61,728 bases of DNA, taken from Candidatus Desulfaltia bathyphila (lineage in GTDB: Bacteria > Desulfobacterota > Desulfobacteria > Desulfobacterales > ETH-SRB1). The DNA is taken from the NCBI GenBank assembly GCA_014381545.1, contig JACNLL010000024.1:1-61728 (forward strand). Reading direction: 5' to 3'. The position numbers and the translations under genes were made by a program. This document shows, piece by piece, positions 31,874-41,735 of the stretch (the first letter of the stretch is position 1; each line of letters opens with the position of its first letter). Below the pieces are notes generated by a model, which worked only from the letters and a program-made list of their open reading frames with translations, was not told where the DNA came from and made no database searches.

Positions 31874-32980
31874 ATGAATGATACTTTCAATATTACCATC
31901 ATCGGCGCCGGAGTGGTCGGCCTTGCAGTTGCCGAAGAACTTTCCGCTCAATACAACAACGTACTGGTTGTAGAAAAAAACCGGTCCTACGGGCTGGAGA
32001 CAAGCAGCCGGCATAGCGGAGTTATCCATGCGGGCATTTATTACCCGCCCGGTTTTTTAAAGGCAGCCTTCTGCAGACAGGGAAACCGCATTCTGTACGA
32101 AGTCTGTAAAAAAAGGACTATCCCCCATAAAAGGTTGGGAAAACTCATCGTGGCCACAAATGACGATGAAGCGCATGAACTGGAGCAAATTAAAAAACGC
32201 TCCGAGCAAAACAAGGTTATGGGCCTGTGCTTTCTTTCACAAAATCAAATCCGCTCCCTTGAACCCGAGGTCAGCGCAAAGGCAGCCCTGTTTTCCCCCT
32301 CCACCGGCATCATTGATTCACACAGACTCATGCAATCCTTTTATATAAATGCAGAGTTAAACAACGCAATTATTGTTTTTAATTCAAAAATAACCAAGAT
32401 ATATTTCGACAACAATAACTATGAATTAGAAATCAACAATGATTTCCGGTTTAAAACAAGGATATTAATAAACAGCGCCGGTCTTTTTGCAGATAAAATC
32501 AGCTCTCTCGCAGGAATCGATATTAACAAAAAAAAATATTGCTTGAAATATTGTAAAGGAAATTACTTTTCTGCTTCTCCCTGCCCAGCGATTCGCCATC
32601 TTGTGTATCCTGTGCCTCAAAAGGGAAATGAAGGCCTCGGCATTCATGCTACCTTGGACCTTGACGGCCGTGTGCGATTCGGGCCTGATACAGAGTACGT
32701 AACCGATCTGGATTACAGTGTTGACAATGGAAGAAGGGAATCTTTTTTCAGGTCTATCAGGAGATACCTTCCAGGAATAAAGAAGGAAAGTCTGCGCCCT
32801 GAAATGTGCGGAATAAGGCCCAAACTTCAGGGCCCAGGTGAACCATATAAAGATTTTGTTATTAAGAAAGAACAAAAACTCGGATATCCGGGCCTGATTA
32901 ACTTAATTGGCATAGAGTCGCCCGGCTTGACATCCTGCATACCAATAGCGCGATATGTTTCATCGCTGGTTCATTTATAA
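31874..32980 (+). CDS. FAD-dependent oxidoreductase (L-2-hydroxyglutarate oxidase family)
   Basis: IIGAGVVG, ETSSRHSGVIHAG, GIHAT.DLDG, GIESPGLTS. Confidence 0.85.
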   Translation: MNDTFNITIIGAGVVGLAVAEELSAQYNNVLVVEKNRSYGLETSSRHSGVIHAGIYYPPGFLKAAFCRQGNRILYEVCKKRTIPHKRLGKLIVATNDDEAHELEQIKKRSEQNKVMGLCFLSQNQIRSLEPEVSAKAALFSPSTGIIDSHRLMQSFYINAELNNAIIVFNSKITKIYFDNNNYELEINNDFRFKTRILINSAGLFADKISSLAGIDINKKKYCLKYCKGNYFSASPCPAIRHLVYPVPQKGNEGLGIHATLDLDGRVRFGPDTEYVTDLDYSVDNGRRESFFRSIRRYLPGIKKESLRPEMCGIRPKLQGPGEPYKDFVIKKEQKLGYPGLINLIGIESPGLTSCIPIARYVSSLVHL

Positions 32981-33005
32981 AAAACATGTTTGGAATAATC
33001 GGGTA

Positions 33006-33058
33006 TTGAAGATTCCCTGTAGCAAGCTACGGGGAATGCGCTCGCTATTGCGGTTCAA
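33006..33058. repeat. TTGAA...TTCAA miniature repeat family, copy C (53 bp)
   Basis: TTGAAGATTCCCTGTAGCAAGCTACGGGGAATGCGCTCGCTATTGCGGTTCAA. Confidence 0.85.
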
Positions 33059-33083
33059 TATTCTTTTGGTAGTTGTTTAAGTT

Positions 33084-34079
33084 TTAGCGGCTTATTTCCT
33101 CTTTCAGCAGGCAGCAGGCAATTTTATAGTCCGGAGAGCCGTTGCTGTTAAAGCTCAGATTTGCAGGCTGTATGATTTTGTTCATCACGCATCCTTCAGG
33201 TATGTTAAGCTCAAACAGATCGCTTTCGTTTATCCTGTCAGTGTAAATAAGATTATTATTTTTAAATTCCATGCTGTGCAAAGGAAAATCTTCACATAAT
33301 GGGCATCGATATACCCTGCCGTTGGGAAATATAAAATAATTTTCTGCAACCAGACCGGCGCATTCAAACAATTCTTCAGGACGCAAAAAAACTTTTGGAT
33401 ACGTAACAGTTATTCCGAGACCGGCAATCTTTTCCGCTGCATCAGGAATTACGCCTAACCAGTCGGATATGGAAACCCGAAGCCCTTTATCACTGCTTTT
33501 GGCGGATTTTCCCCTGATGCCGAGTACCTGTATGAAAAATCTGTCTATTCCGAGATCTTTAAGAAGAGGCACCATCATATCCAGCTCATGTATGTTGGCT
33601 TTGCTTACCGTATATATAAGGCTTGCGGCAAAACCTCCGGAAACAGCCTCTCTAATGCCGGCAATACATTGATCATACGATCCTTTGCCCCTGAGCATAT
33701 CATTTGTCTGTCTGGTTGCGCCATCCAGGCTGAAACTAAAATAATCCACATCGTTTGGATTAACCTTTGAAAGGATATTATTAAACAGATATCCGTTTGT
33801 ATCAATTGTAATGGAATTATAACCAAGCTCTTTTGCCTTTTTTACAGCGAGCCATAAGTCTTTATGCAACGTGGGCTCTCCGCCTAAAAATATGATATTT
33901 GCCTTGTCGCTTTTTCTTGCAAATACGTCCATCCATGCCTCTATGGTTGTTAGCGGAAGGATATTTTCTCCGTGCTGCTCAGGATTTATATAACAGTGCA
34001 GGCATTTAAGATTGCAATTTGTGAGAATATGAAAAAAAACATTAACCGAATTTTTTGAAAAAGAAACCGTTTTTTTCAT
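33084..34079 (-). CDS. Radical SAM protein
   Basis: CNLKCLHC, FLGGEP, FSFSLDG; extra C-terminal cysteines (SPASM-like). Confidence 0.9.
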   Translation of the reverse strand: MKKTVSFSKNSVNVFFHILTNCNLKCLHCYINPEQHGENILPLTTIEAWMDVFARKSDKANIIFLGGEPTLHKDLWLAVKKAKELGYNSITIDTNGYLFNNILSKVNPNDVDYFSFSLDGATRQTNDMLRGKGSYDQCIAGIREAVSGGFAASLIYTVSKANIHELDMMVPLLKDLGIDRFFIQVLGIRGKSAKSSDKGLRVSISDWLGVIPDAAEKIAGLGITVTYPKVFLRPEELFECAGLVAENYFIFPNGRVYRCPLCEDFPLHSMEFKNNNLIYTDRINESDLFELNIPEGCVMNKIIQPANLSFNSNGSPDYKIACCLLKEEISR

Positions 34080-34283
34080 CTGTTATTTTCGTCTCCTGAA
34101 AGTTTTAAGGGATTTCATCAAGATTTCCGAAGAAGTTCAAGGCCTCCTATTGTGCTATTTCTATGCCTTCATAGCGCAGTTTACAAACATTGTCAATTAT
34201 CGTAAAAAAACGGGTGGTTATAAAATTTGCTTTTTCCAATTAATATTGTATAGAATACAGATAAAACAAATTGGGATGCAAAA

Positions 34284-35105
34284 ATGAATATACTGATTAA
34301 AATTGTTTTAGGGCTTTTCTTTATATATCTTGTTTATTGTTGTCTTCTTTTTCTGTTGCAGCGACAAATTTTGTTTCCCCGTCATCAAATCGTAATGCCT
34401 TCAGATGGAGAGTATAATGTCCCGGGTATGGAGAAGATCTGGATAGAAACGGCTGACGGAAAAATAGAAACATGGTTTCTGCGGCCTGAAAGCAACCGGC
34501 CTTCACCTGCAATTATTTTTGCGCATGGAAATGCGGAAGTAATCGACATGTGGCCGGCAACACTAAAAGGCTTCATTCAGCTCGGTATCGGTGTGCTGCT
34601 TGTCGAATATCCCGGTTATGGAAGATCAGAAGGATCTCCTTCTCAACGCAGCATTTCCGAGACATTTGTTGCAGCCTATGATATGCTAATTAAACGCAAG
34701 GATGTCGATTCTTCAAAAATCATTCTTTTCGGACGCTCAATCGGCGGTGGCGCTATATGCACCCTGGCAACACAAAGGCCCTCAGCAATGCTTATCCTTA
34801 AGTCAACATTTATCAGTATCAAGTCAATGGCATCAAAATACCTTGTTCCCGGTTTTATTGCGCCTGATCCATTCGACAATCTTTCTGTTGTCAGTTCATA
34901 CAACGGGCCGGTACTGATAATTCATGGAAAAAACGACGAGCTTATCCCATACAAGCACGGAGTTACCCTATATAAAGCAGCTCAGCAGGGAACACTGCTT
35001 ACCTATGACTGCGGTCATAATGACTGCCCTCCAGGCTGGGACAAATTCTTTCAGGATATAAAACCGATCCTTCATCATGCCGGCTTTATAAAGGATCTAA
35101 ACTGA
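34284..35105 (+). CDS. Alpha/beta hydrolase, membrane anchored
   Basis: HGNAE, YPGYG.S, GRSIGG nucleophile elbow, HGKNDE, GHND. Confidence 0.9.
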   Translation: MNILIKIVLGLFFIYLVYCCLLFLLQRQILFPRHQIVMPSDGEYNVPGMEKIWIETADGKIETWFLRPESNRPSPAIIFAHGNAEVIDMWPATLKGFIQLGIGVLLVEYPGYGRSEGSPSQRSISETFVAAYDMLIKRKDVDSSKIILFGRSIGGGAICTLATQRPSAMLILKSTFISIKSMASKYLVPGFIAPDPFDNLSVVSSYNGPVLIIHGKNDELIPYKHGVTLYKAAQQGTLLTYDCGHNDCPPGWDKFFQDIKPILHHAGFIKDLN

Positions 35106-35121
35106 GCATGCACATATTTTT

Positions 35122-35298
35122 TTAATGACCGTGTTTGTGAGGGCCGTGTTCGTCTAAATGTTCATGAGTATGCTCATCTGCCGGTCCGCTGTGAGTGTGT
35201 TCATGGCTGTGTTCATGCTCGTGAGAGTGCGCATGCCTTGTCTCTCCGTGTAAATGGTCGTGCGCATGTACATGTTTATGCGTATGTTTCCCTTCCAT
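35122..35298 (-). CDS. 58-aa histidine-rich peptide (22 His), putative metal-binding/storage protein; absent from ORF track
   Basis: Hand translation MEGKHTHKHVHAHDHLHGETRHAHSHEHEHSHEHTHSGPADEHTHEHLDEHGPHKHGH; AAGGAGG RBS upstream of ATG. Confidence 0.85.
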   Translation of the reverse strand: MEGKHTHKHVHAHDHLHGETRHAHSHEHEHSHEHTHSGPADEHTHEHLDEHGPHKHGH

Positions 35299-35389
35299 GA
35301 TAAAGCCTCCTTTTCATAAGTTGCAAAAGCCCTTCGTGGACTAATTTTTTTGAATGTAAACACCAACGACTAATCCGTCAATCAAATTA

Positions 35390-35441
35390 TTGAAGAACCC
35401 CGCAGCAAGCTGCGAGGAATGCGCTCGCTGTTGCAGTTCAC
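35390..35441. repeat. TTGAA...TTCA(C) miniature repeat family, copy D
   Basis: TTGAAGAACCCCGCAGCAAGCTGCGAGGAATGCGCTCGCTGTTGCAGTTCAC. Confidence 0.85.
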
Positions 35442-35478
35442 ACCAGGATTTGAGCTTGGCTCGCTAAAACAATGCCTA

Positions 35479-35550
35479 TTGGTTTGTTTTGGTTATTTTT
35501 GGTAAGAATTGAAATAATCGAAAAAATATATTGACTTATATTAACTTATT
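35479..35550. promoter_or_regulatory. Helically phased direct repeats in divergent promoter region
   Basis: TTGGT at 35479, 35489, 35499; TTGACTTATA/TTAACTTATT at 35531 and 35541. Confidence 0.45.
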
Positions 35551-35591
35551 AAATACAAACCAAAACTATCTCAAGTAAAGGAGAATAAGAT

Positions 35592-36503
35592 ATGAAACAG
35601 TTACTTTCAACCAAAGAGGTTGCGCAGTTTCTGGATATTAACGAAAAGATGGTATATAGCCTTGTTGCCGAAAAGGGGCTTCCGGCAACAAAAATTACAG
35701 GCAAGTGGCTTTTCCCGCGATATTTGGTGGAACAATGGATTGAAACCAATACCATCAACTATCCAAAGCCATCAACCTCTCTTCCTCCTTACCAGGGATT
35801 GCTGATAATAACCGGAAGCAACGACCTGCTCTTAGACAAAACTATTTCCCTTTTCAATACCCTGTATCCCGACCATGTGGCTGTCTTTGGAAACCTTGGG
35901 AGCATGGGAGGTTTGAGGGCGCTGCGCCAGAATTTGTGCCATATAGCCTCAAGCCATCTGCTCCAGGATAATGAAACGGAATACAATTTTGATTTTGCCA
36001 CCAAAGAGCTGGATAAAATGCCTGCTGTTGTCAATTTTTGCAAACGTGAACAGGGCATACTTGTGCAAAAAGGAAATCCCAAAAAAATTAAATCGTTTTC
36101 CGATATCGCCCGGCCGGGGATCAGGATAGTAAATCGTCCTCTTGGAACCGGCACACGCCTTTTATTTGATCGTATGCTTAAGGAGGCTGGAATTAACTGC
36201 GAAAAAATCAAAGGATACCATAATGAACTGTCACGGCATATGGATGTTGGCCTTGAAATATTAGCCGGCCGTGCCGATGCCGGGACCGGGATTAAGCCGG
36301 TAGCCTCTCTTCTTGGCCTTGAATTTATCCCGGTTCGCTGGGAGCGTTACGATCTTCTCATTACAAAGGAAAGATTTTTCGATAAAGGGGTGCAGCTTTT
36401 CATGGGTCTTCTCCATGAGCAGGCTTTTTTTGACCTGGCAAAAAATCTCGATGGTTATGATGTTAATACAAGCGGCAAAGTGATTTTCCCACAAGAAACT
36501 TAA
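35592..36503 (+). CDS. Excisionase-like HTH + periplasmic-binding-like domain regulator (TaoR-like, Mo/W responsive)
   Basis: LLST.EVA.FL.INEKMVY.L N-terminus; GSND, GSMGGL, REQG, NRPLGTGTR.L PBP domain; first gene of tup operon. Confidence 0.82.
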   Translation: MKQLLSTKEVAQFLDINEKMVYSLVAEKGLPATKITGKWLFPRYLVEQWIETNTINYPKPSTSLPPYQGLLIITGSNDLLLDKTISLFNTLYPDHVAVFGNLGSMGGLRALRQNLCHIASSHLLQDNETEYNFDFATKELDKMPAVVNFCKREQGILVQKGNPKKIKSFSDIARPGIRIVNRPLGTGTRLLFDRMLKEAGINCEKIKGYHNELSRHMDVGLEILAGRADAGTGIKPVASLLGLEFIPVRWERYDLLITKERFFDKGVQLFMGLLHEQAFFDLAKNLDGYDVNTSGKVIFPQET

Positions 36504-36518
36504 AAGGAGGAAAATGCG

Positions 36519-37424
36519 ATGAAAAAAAGTGTAATGTGGATTTTAACTGTGATTTTCATGATGTGTATAGTTCCCGGGACAACCATAGGGGCTGATAAAA
36601 TACTAAAGATGTCAACAACAACCAGCACACAGAATTCCGGACTATTGGATGTACTATTGCCTCAATTAGAGAAGGATACAGGCATTCAAATTAAGGTCAT
36701 TGCAAAGGGTACAGGAGCTGCAATAAGAGACGGAATGGACGGAAATGTGGATATCATTTTTGTGCATGCAAAAAGCAGGGAAGAGAAATTCGTCAAAGAC
36801 GGCTATGGTGCGTATAGATTAGGGGTGATGCATAATGATTTTGTGATTGTCGGCCCTGATGCAGATCCTGTCGGGATTAAAGGTAAACGCACTGCTGCTA
36901 CGGTGTTAAAAGCAATTGGGAAAAGCAAGGCCAGGTTTATCTCCCGTGGGGATGACAGCGGCACACACACCAAAGAGCAGGCACTATGGAAGGCCACCGG
37001 ATTATCCTTAAAGACAGTAACCACCGAAATCATAAAAAAGGGGAAAAAACGGAAAGTCTCCTTTCAGCACCCGGTCGGACTTGGGAAATGGTATCTTTCA
37101 ATAGGGCAGGGCATGGGCAAAACCCTGACATACGCTGAGGAAAAGCAGGCATACACCCTCGTTGACCGTGGAACTTACTTGAAATATAAGTATGGTCGCA
37201 AAGAAGGCCTTGATCTTGATATCCTCTGTGAAGGTGATCCCGAGCTTTATAACCCTTATGGAATTATCCCGATTAATCCAAAAAAATATCCTCATGTGAA
37301 GTTTGAGATGGCTGATCGGTTTGCTAAATGGCTGGTATCGCCAAAAGCCCAGGGCATAATAGCCAGGTATAAAATTCAGGGACAACAGGCTTTCTTCCCG
37401 GATGCAGTCCCTGGTGCCAAATAG
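36519..37424 (+). CDS. tupA: Tungstate ABC transporter substrate-binding protein
   Basis: STTTSTQNSGLL, GTGAA, SRGDDSGTH, DRGTY. Confidence 0.92.
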   Translation: MKKSVMWILTVIFMMCIVPGTTIGADKILKMSTTTSTQNSGLLDVLLPQLEKDTGIQIKVIAKGTGAAIRDGMDGNVDIIFVHAKSREEKFVKDGYGAYRLGVMHNDFVIVGPDADPVGIKGKRTAATVLKAIGKSKARFISRGDDSGTHTKEQALWKATGLSLKTVTTEIIKKGKKRKVSFQHPVGLGKWYLSIGQGMGKTLTYAEEKQAYTLVDRGTYLKYKYGRKEGLDLDILCEGDPELYNPYGIIPINPKKYPHVKFEMADRFAKWLVSPKAQGIIARYKIQGQQAFFPDAVPGAK

Positions 37425-37460
37425 TAATTCTTAAAATCTGCGTGTGTATCGGATATTATT

Positions 37461-38156
37461 GTGGATCTTCTTCTTGACAGTTTTCTTTCAGCGTTACTGC
37501 TCATCTGGTCGATAGACCCCGAACTGCTGGTGATTGTTCAGGTCTCTTTGAAGGTGAGCGCCATATCAACACTTATTGCCGGTGTTGTTGGGATTCCTGC
37601 CGGGTTTTTAATCGCGTTCAGGCCGTTTCGCGGAAAACGTCTGGTTATTACTGTGCTCAATACTCTACTGGCCATGCCCACGGTGGTAATCGGTCTTTTT
37701 GTTTATGCCTTTATCTCCAGAAGAGGAATATTCGGGGCATTTGACCTCCTTTATACCCAGAAGGCTATTATTATCGGCCAGATGATTCTTATCATTCCCA
37801 TCGTCACAACGTTTACAATCGCTGCCATCAGCCGAATCGACGAGCGGTACCGCAAGACCGCATTGACTCTTGGAGCTAATGTTTTTCAGACAGCCCTTAT
37901 CATTATTCGAGAAGCCCGGTTCGGAATCGTGGCTTCGATTATCGTTGCGTTCGGGAGGGTTATTGCTGAGGTGGGAATCAGTATGATGCTGGGCGGAAAT
38001 GCCAAAGGTTTCACACGGACCATGACCACAGCAATGGCCCTGGAATATGACAAGGGAGAGTTTGTCTTGAGCGTCGCACTCGGAATCGTGCTCCTTATGG
38101 TAAGTTTCGGAATGAATGTTTTTTTTAATTACTTTCAGGGGAAAGCAAGAGTGTAA
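37461..38156 (+). CDS. tupB: Tungstate ABC transporter permease
   Basis: MPTVVIGL, FGRVIAEVG, TRTMTTA.ALE. Confidence 0.92.
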   Translation: MDLLLDSFLSALLLIWSIDPELLVIVQVSLKVSAISTLIAGVVGIPAGFLIAFRPFRGKRLVITVLNTLLAMPTVVIGLFVYAFISRRGIFGAFDLLYTQKAIIIGQMILIIPIVTTFTIAAISRIDERYRKTALTLGANVFQTALIIIREARFGIVASIIVAFGRVIAEVGISMMLGGNAKGFTRTMTTAMALEYDKGEFVLSVALGIVLLMVSFGMNVFFNYFQGKARV

Positions 38157-38160
38157 GTCC

Positions 38161-39171
38161 GTGCTATATGAATTAAAAAACTTGAAGAAGACCTATAATC
38201 AAAGAACGGTTTTGAATCTGGAAAGCCTCAAGCTTGAAAAGAACAAAGTTCTTGGTCTTTTGGGCCCCAACGGAGCAGGAAAAACTACGCTTTTGGAGAT
38301 CATGGCCTTTCTTACCAGGCCCAGCGCAGGTGACATCTGGTTTGAAAAAGAATGGGTAGATTTCACCAACGGCAAACTGATGATGAACCTGCGCCGCAAG
38401 GTTGTCCTCATACAGCAACAACCTATCCTGTTTACAACAACTGTCTTTAAGAATGTAGAATATCCGCTGAAGATACGCAAAACGCCCAAGGCAGAGCGAA
38501 AGAAAATTGTTAAAGAGCTCCTGAAACTTGTGGGAATGGGAATGTTCGAGCACGCGAGCGCTCATAAGCTCTCAGGTGGTGAAACCCATCGCGTTGCAAT
38601 TGCACAGGTCCTTGCCTGCTTTCCGGAGGTTATTCTTATGGATGAACCTACGGCAAGTGTGGATGTGGAAAATCAGATTAATATCGAGCGTATAATCAAA
38701 GAGATTAATCAGAAAAAAAGTATTTCGGTGATTTTTACAACTCACAATATGATTCAAGCCTCAAGGCTGGCAGATAAGACTGTTTTTCTGTTTGAAGGAA
38801 AGGTCGCTCGATCTATTTACGAAAATATCTTTAGCAGTCACATTGAAGTCGATTCTAACGGATATAAATACTGTGTATTACACAGCGGCCTGAAGTTGCG
38901 TGTATCTTCTCAAAAGTCGGGGGCGATTCGAATATCGATTGATCCCAGTGCGGTGAAGCTCAACAAAAAAGAAATCATTCCCTCCATTCACAACAGCTTT
39001 AAAGGAACCCTTGTACAGCTCACTGACGAGCAGAGCAGAGTGCGGGCATTGGTGGACGTGGGAATACCCCTAAGCATTTTGATCCCCAAGGAGGTGTTCA
39101 AGAGCCTTCACCTGGACTTAGGAGAGGAAGTCTGGCTCAACTGTCCAAAAGAGAGCATTGACGTTTTCTAA
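38161..39171 (+). CDS. tupC: Tungstate ABC transporter ATPase with C-terminal TOBE-like domain
   Basis: [18 protein letters not shown]; GTG start inferred after tupB stop (ORF track starts 38116). Confidence 0.88.
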   Translation: MLYELKNLKKTYNQRTVLNLESLKLEKNKVLGLLGPNGAGKTTLLEIMAFLTRPSAGDIWFEKEWVDFTNGKLMMNLRRKVVLIQQQPILFTTTVFKNVEYPLKIRKTPKAERKKIVKELLKLVGMGMFEHASAHKLSGGETHRVAIAQVLACFPEVILMDEPTASVDVENQINIERIIKEINQKKSISVIFTTHNMIQASRLADKTVFLFEGKVARSIYENIFSSHIEVDSNGYKYCVLHSGLKLRVSSQKSGAIRISIDPSAVKLNKKEIIPSIHNSFKGTLVQLTDEQSRVRALVDVGIPLSILIPKEVFKSLHLDLGEEVWLNCPKESIDVF

Positions 39172-39355
39172 AAACCCCGGCAATTAATAAAACAGGTTCT
39201 ACCCGCCCCAAACCTCCCAAACAAAATACCAAGGCTAAAATTCTCACGCGCAAAGAACAAAAAAACCTTAGCGTCTTTGCGTGAGTTTTCAACTTCTGTT
39301 GCTTTCTTGCGTTTGTATCGACTTTGACGTTTCCCTGTAAACAATACAAATCGAC

Positions 39356-39384
39356 TTGACACTTAAATCATTCAGCACTATATT
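39356..39384 (+). promoter_or_regulatory. sigma70 promoter of ArsR operon
   Basis: TTGACA - 17 bp - TATATT, 30 bp upstream of the ArsR gene. Confidence 0.65.
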
Positions 39385-39413
39385 CCTTAAAAAGAATATA
39401 TAAGGAGTTTAAC

Positions 39414-39755
39414 GTGAAAGATTTTATTATAGTCATGAAAGCCCTTTCCGATCCGAACAGAGTTAAAATCATAAAGATGCTCCAGCATAAAAGCATGTGT
39501 GTCTGCGAGATTAAGGCCGCATTGAAACTGCCCCAGCCGTCTGTTTCCAAGCATTTGAAAATACTGGAAAAGGCCGGTCTTGTTTCTTCGCAGAAAGATG
39601 GCCTGTGGGTTAATTATCACCTCTCAAACGGCAGGAGCACACCATATACGGCCACCATTTTGGAAAATCTGAAGCACTGGTTAAATGACGATTCTGAAAT
39701 TGCCCGTCTAATTGAAAAAATCCCTTTTTTAAATCGTAAAGAGTTGTGTAGTTAA
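39414..39755 (+). CDS. arsR: ArsR/SmtB family repressor
   Basis: KALSDPNR, MCVCEI, QPSVSKHLKIL. Confidence 0.88.
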   Translation: MKDFIIVMKALSDPNRVKIIKMLQHKSMCVCEIKAALKLPQPSVSKHLKILEKAGLVSSQKDGLWVNYHLSNGRSTPYTATILENLKHWLNDDSEIARLIEKIPFLNRKELCS

Positions 39756-39756
39756 A

Positions 39757-40929
39757 ATGAAAGAACGCACAAAATTAATATGGATCATTTTGATTTTTTT
39801 GGCGATTTACTACATTCCATGGAACCATGTCATAATTCGCCAATCAGGCTTTGAAGCCTTTATGATGCTTCAGGAATATGCCAGGGAGCATGTTCTTGCA
39901 TGTCTGATACCGGCTTTTTTTATTGCCGGAGCCATATCGGTATTCGTTTCCCAGGCTTCGGTTCTTAAGTATTTTGGTTCCAAAGCAAAAAAAATCATGT
40001 CTTATTCTGTTGCTTCTGTTTCAGGAACAGTTCTGGCGGTTTGTTCGTGTACGGTTCTGCCCTTGTTTGCAGGCATTTATTCACGTGGAGCAGGAATCGG
40101 TCCTGCCACGGCCTTTCTTTATTCCGGTCCTGCCATAAATGTGCTGGCAATTACCCTGACAGCTAAAATATTAGGGTGGCAGCTTGGTTTGGCACGGGCT
40201 GTCGGCGCGGTGGTTTTCGCGATTATCACAGGCTTGCTCATGGCTTTGATTTTTCGCAAGGATGATGCAGCGCGAACCAAAGGGGAGGTTTATCTCCCGG
40301 ATGCAGAAGACAGGCAGCGAACACTGTTGCAGGATACACTTTATATCTTTACAATGGTGCTGATCCTGATTTTTGCGGCGTTTGCGCGGCCTGCCGAAGG
40401 CTCAACAGGACTGTGGCCTGCGATCTTTGCCGCCAAATGGTATATAACCGTTGGCCTTCTCATTATTCTGGCATTCATACTCAAAGCCTGGTTTACAAGA
40501 GATGAATGCAAAACCTGGGTTGAGTCAACGTGGGGTTTTATGAAGCAGATTTTTCCGCTTCTTGCGGGTGGAGTTCTTGTGGCCGGTTTCATCTTAGGCC
40601 GCCCAGGGCATTCAGCGCTCATCCCCGAACACTATATCCAGACACTCCTCGGCGGAAATTCCATTTGGGCAAATTTATTTGCATCGGTTGCCGGGGCGCT
40701 GATGTATTTTGCTACCCTTACAGAAGTTCCTATTCTCCAGGGACTTCTCGGCGCTGGCATGGGCAAGGGGCCTGCTTTGGCTTTGCTGCTGGCTGGTCCT
40801 GCTCTGTCTTTGCCTAACATGCTGGTGATCGGAAGCGTGATGGGCGTAAAAAAGACGGCTGTTTTTTGCTTAATTATCATAATCTTATCAACCATTGCTG
40901 GAATGTTATATGGCACGATTGCAGGATAA
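39757..40929 (+). CDS. DUF318/ArsP-like permease
   Basis: LAVCSCTVLPLF, FLYSGPAIN, MYFATLTEVPI, GPALSLP. Confidence 0.88.
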   Translation: MKERTKLIWIILIFLAIYYIPWNHVIIRQSGFEAFMMLQEYAREHVLACLIPAFFIAGAISVFVSQASVLKYFGSKAKKIMSYSVASVSGTVLAVCSCTVLPLFAGIYSRGAGIGPATAFLYSGPAINVLAITLTAKILGWQLGLARAVGAVVFAIITGLLMALIFRKDDAARTKGEVYLPDAEDRQRTLLQDTLYIFTMVLILIFAAFARPAEGSTGLWPAIFAAKWYITVGLLIILAFILKAWFTRDECKTWVESTWGFMKQIFPLLAGGVLVAGFILGRPGHSALIPEHYIQTLLGGNSIWANLFASVAGALMYFATLTEVPILQGLLGAGMGKGPALALLLAGPALSLPNMLVIGSVMGVKKTAVFCLIIIILSTIAGMLYGTIAG

Positions 40930-41033
40930 AGAAAGTTCAAGAAATAAGGATCATAAGGATTGAATCCTCGAATCCTTTGTATCAACAAATCGGAAGAAGA
41001 ACTATAAACAATCTCTTAAAGGAGAAATTAAAT

Positions 41034-41267
41034 ATGATAATTAAGGTATTAGGACATGGATGTCCTAAGTGTCAACAGACTGAAAAAATTGTCAGGGAAG
41101 TGGTTACCGAGTGCGGGGTGCAAGCGCAAATCGAAAAGATCACCGATATCATGAAAATCGCCGGTTACGGTGTGTTCGGCACCCCGGCTGTGATAGTGGA
41201 CGGGAAGGTTAAAAGCGTAGGAAAGATTCCGAAAAAAGAAGAAATCAAAACTTGGATTCTGGAATAA
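41034..41267 (+). CDS. Small redox-active disulfide protein (thioredoxin-like)
   Basis: IKVLG.GCPKC, TPAVIVDG; ATG 41034 after AGGAG. Confidence 0.88.
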   Translation: MIIKVLGHGCPKCQQTEKIVREVVTECGVQAQIEKITDIMKIAGYGVFGTPAVIVDGKVKSVGKIPKKEEIKTWILE

Positions 41268-41301
41268 ACTATCAGAACTCAACGTACTATACGGAGGAGA
41301 A

Positions 41302-41718
41302 ATGAAGCGAAAAAGCAGTATTATTATGGCAATTTTAATTGTTGTACTCGCAGGAGCTTCTTTTTTTTACTTGTTACAAAAGAGTACAGCAAAACCGCCT
41401 GATTCGAATACTGAGGAGGATTTTTTAAATGCTCTGAAGAGCGGCAAGCCTGTCCTGGTCGATTTTGGGTCGAATTCATGTATCCCATGCCGCCAGATGA
41501 GACCCATACTTCATGAAGTCAAAAAGGAGTATTCAGGGAAGGCTGAAGTCCTTGTGGTCGATGTTTACAAACATAAGAACCTTGCCGTGGAACACAAAAT
41601 ACGAATGATTCCGACTCTAATATTTTTTGATTCAAACGGCAAAGAGGTTCACCGCCACCAGGGATTCATGAGCAAAAAGTTGATCATGGAGCAGTTCAGG
41701 AAAATGGATGTTAGTTAG
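41302..41718 (+). CDS. Membrane-anchored thioredoxin
   Basis: N-terminal TM, VDFGSNSCIPC, IPTLIFFD. Confidence 0.88.
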   Translation: MKRKSSIIMAILIVVLAGASFFYLLQKSTAKPPDSNTEEDFLNALKSGKPVLVDFGSNSCIPCRQMRPILHEVKKEYSGKAEVLVVDVYKHKNLAVEHKIRMIPTLIFFDSNGKEVHRHQGFMSKKLIMEQFRKMDVS

Positions 41719-41735
41719 AGTAAAAGGAGAGATTT

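Noticed and set aside
35154-35366. 70-aa minus-strand ORF from the track
   Set aside because: Alternative frame over the His-rich peptide, which has the RBS and a coherent composition
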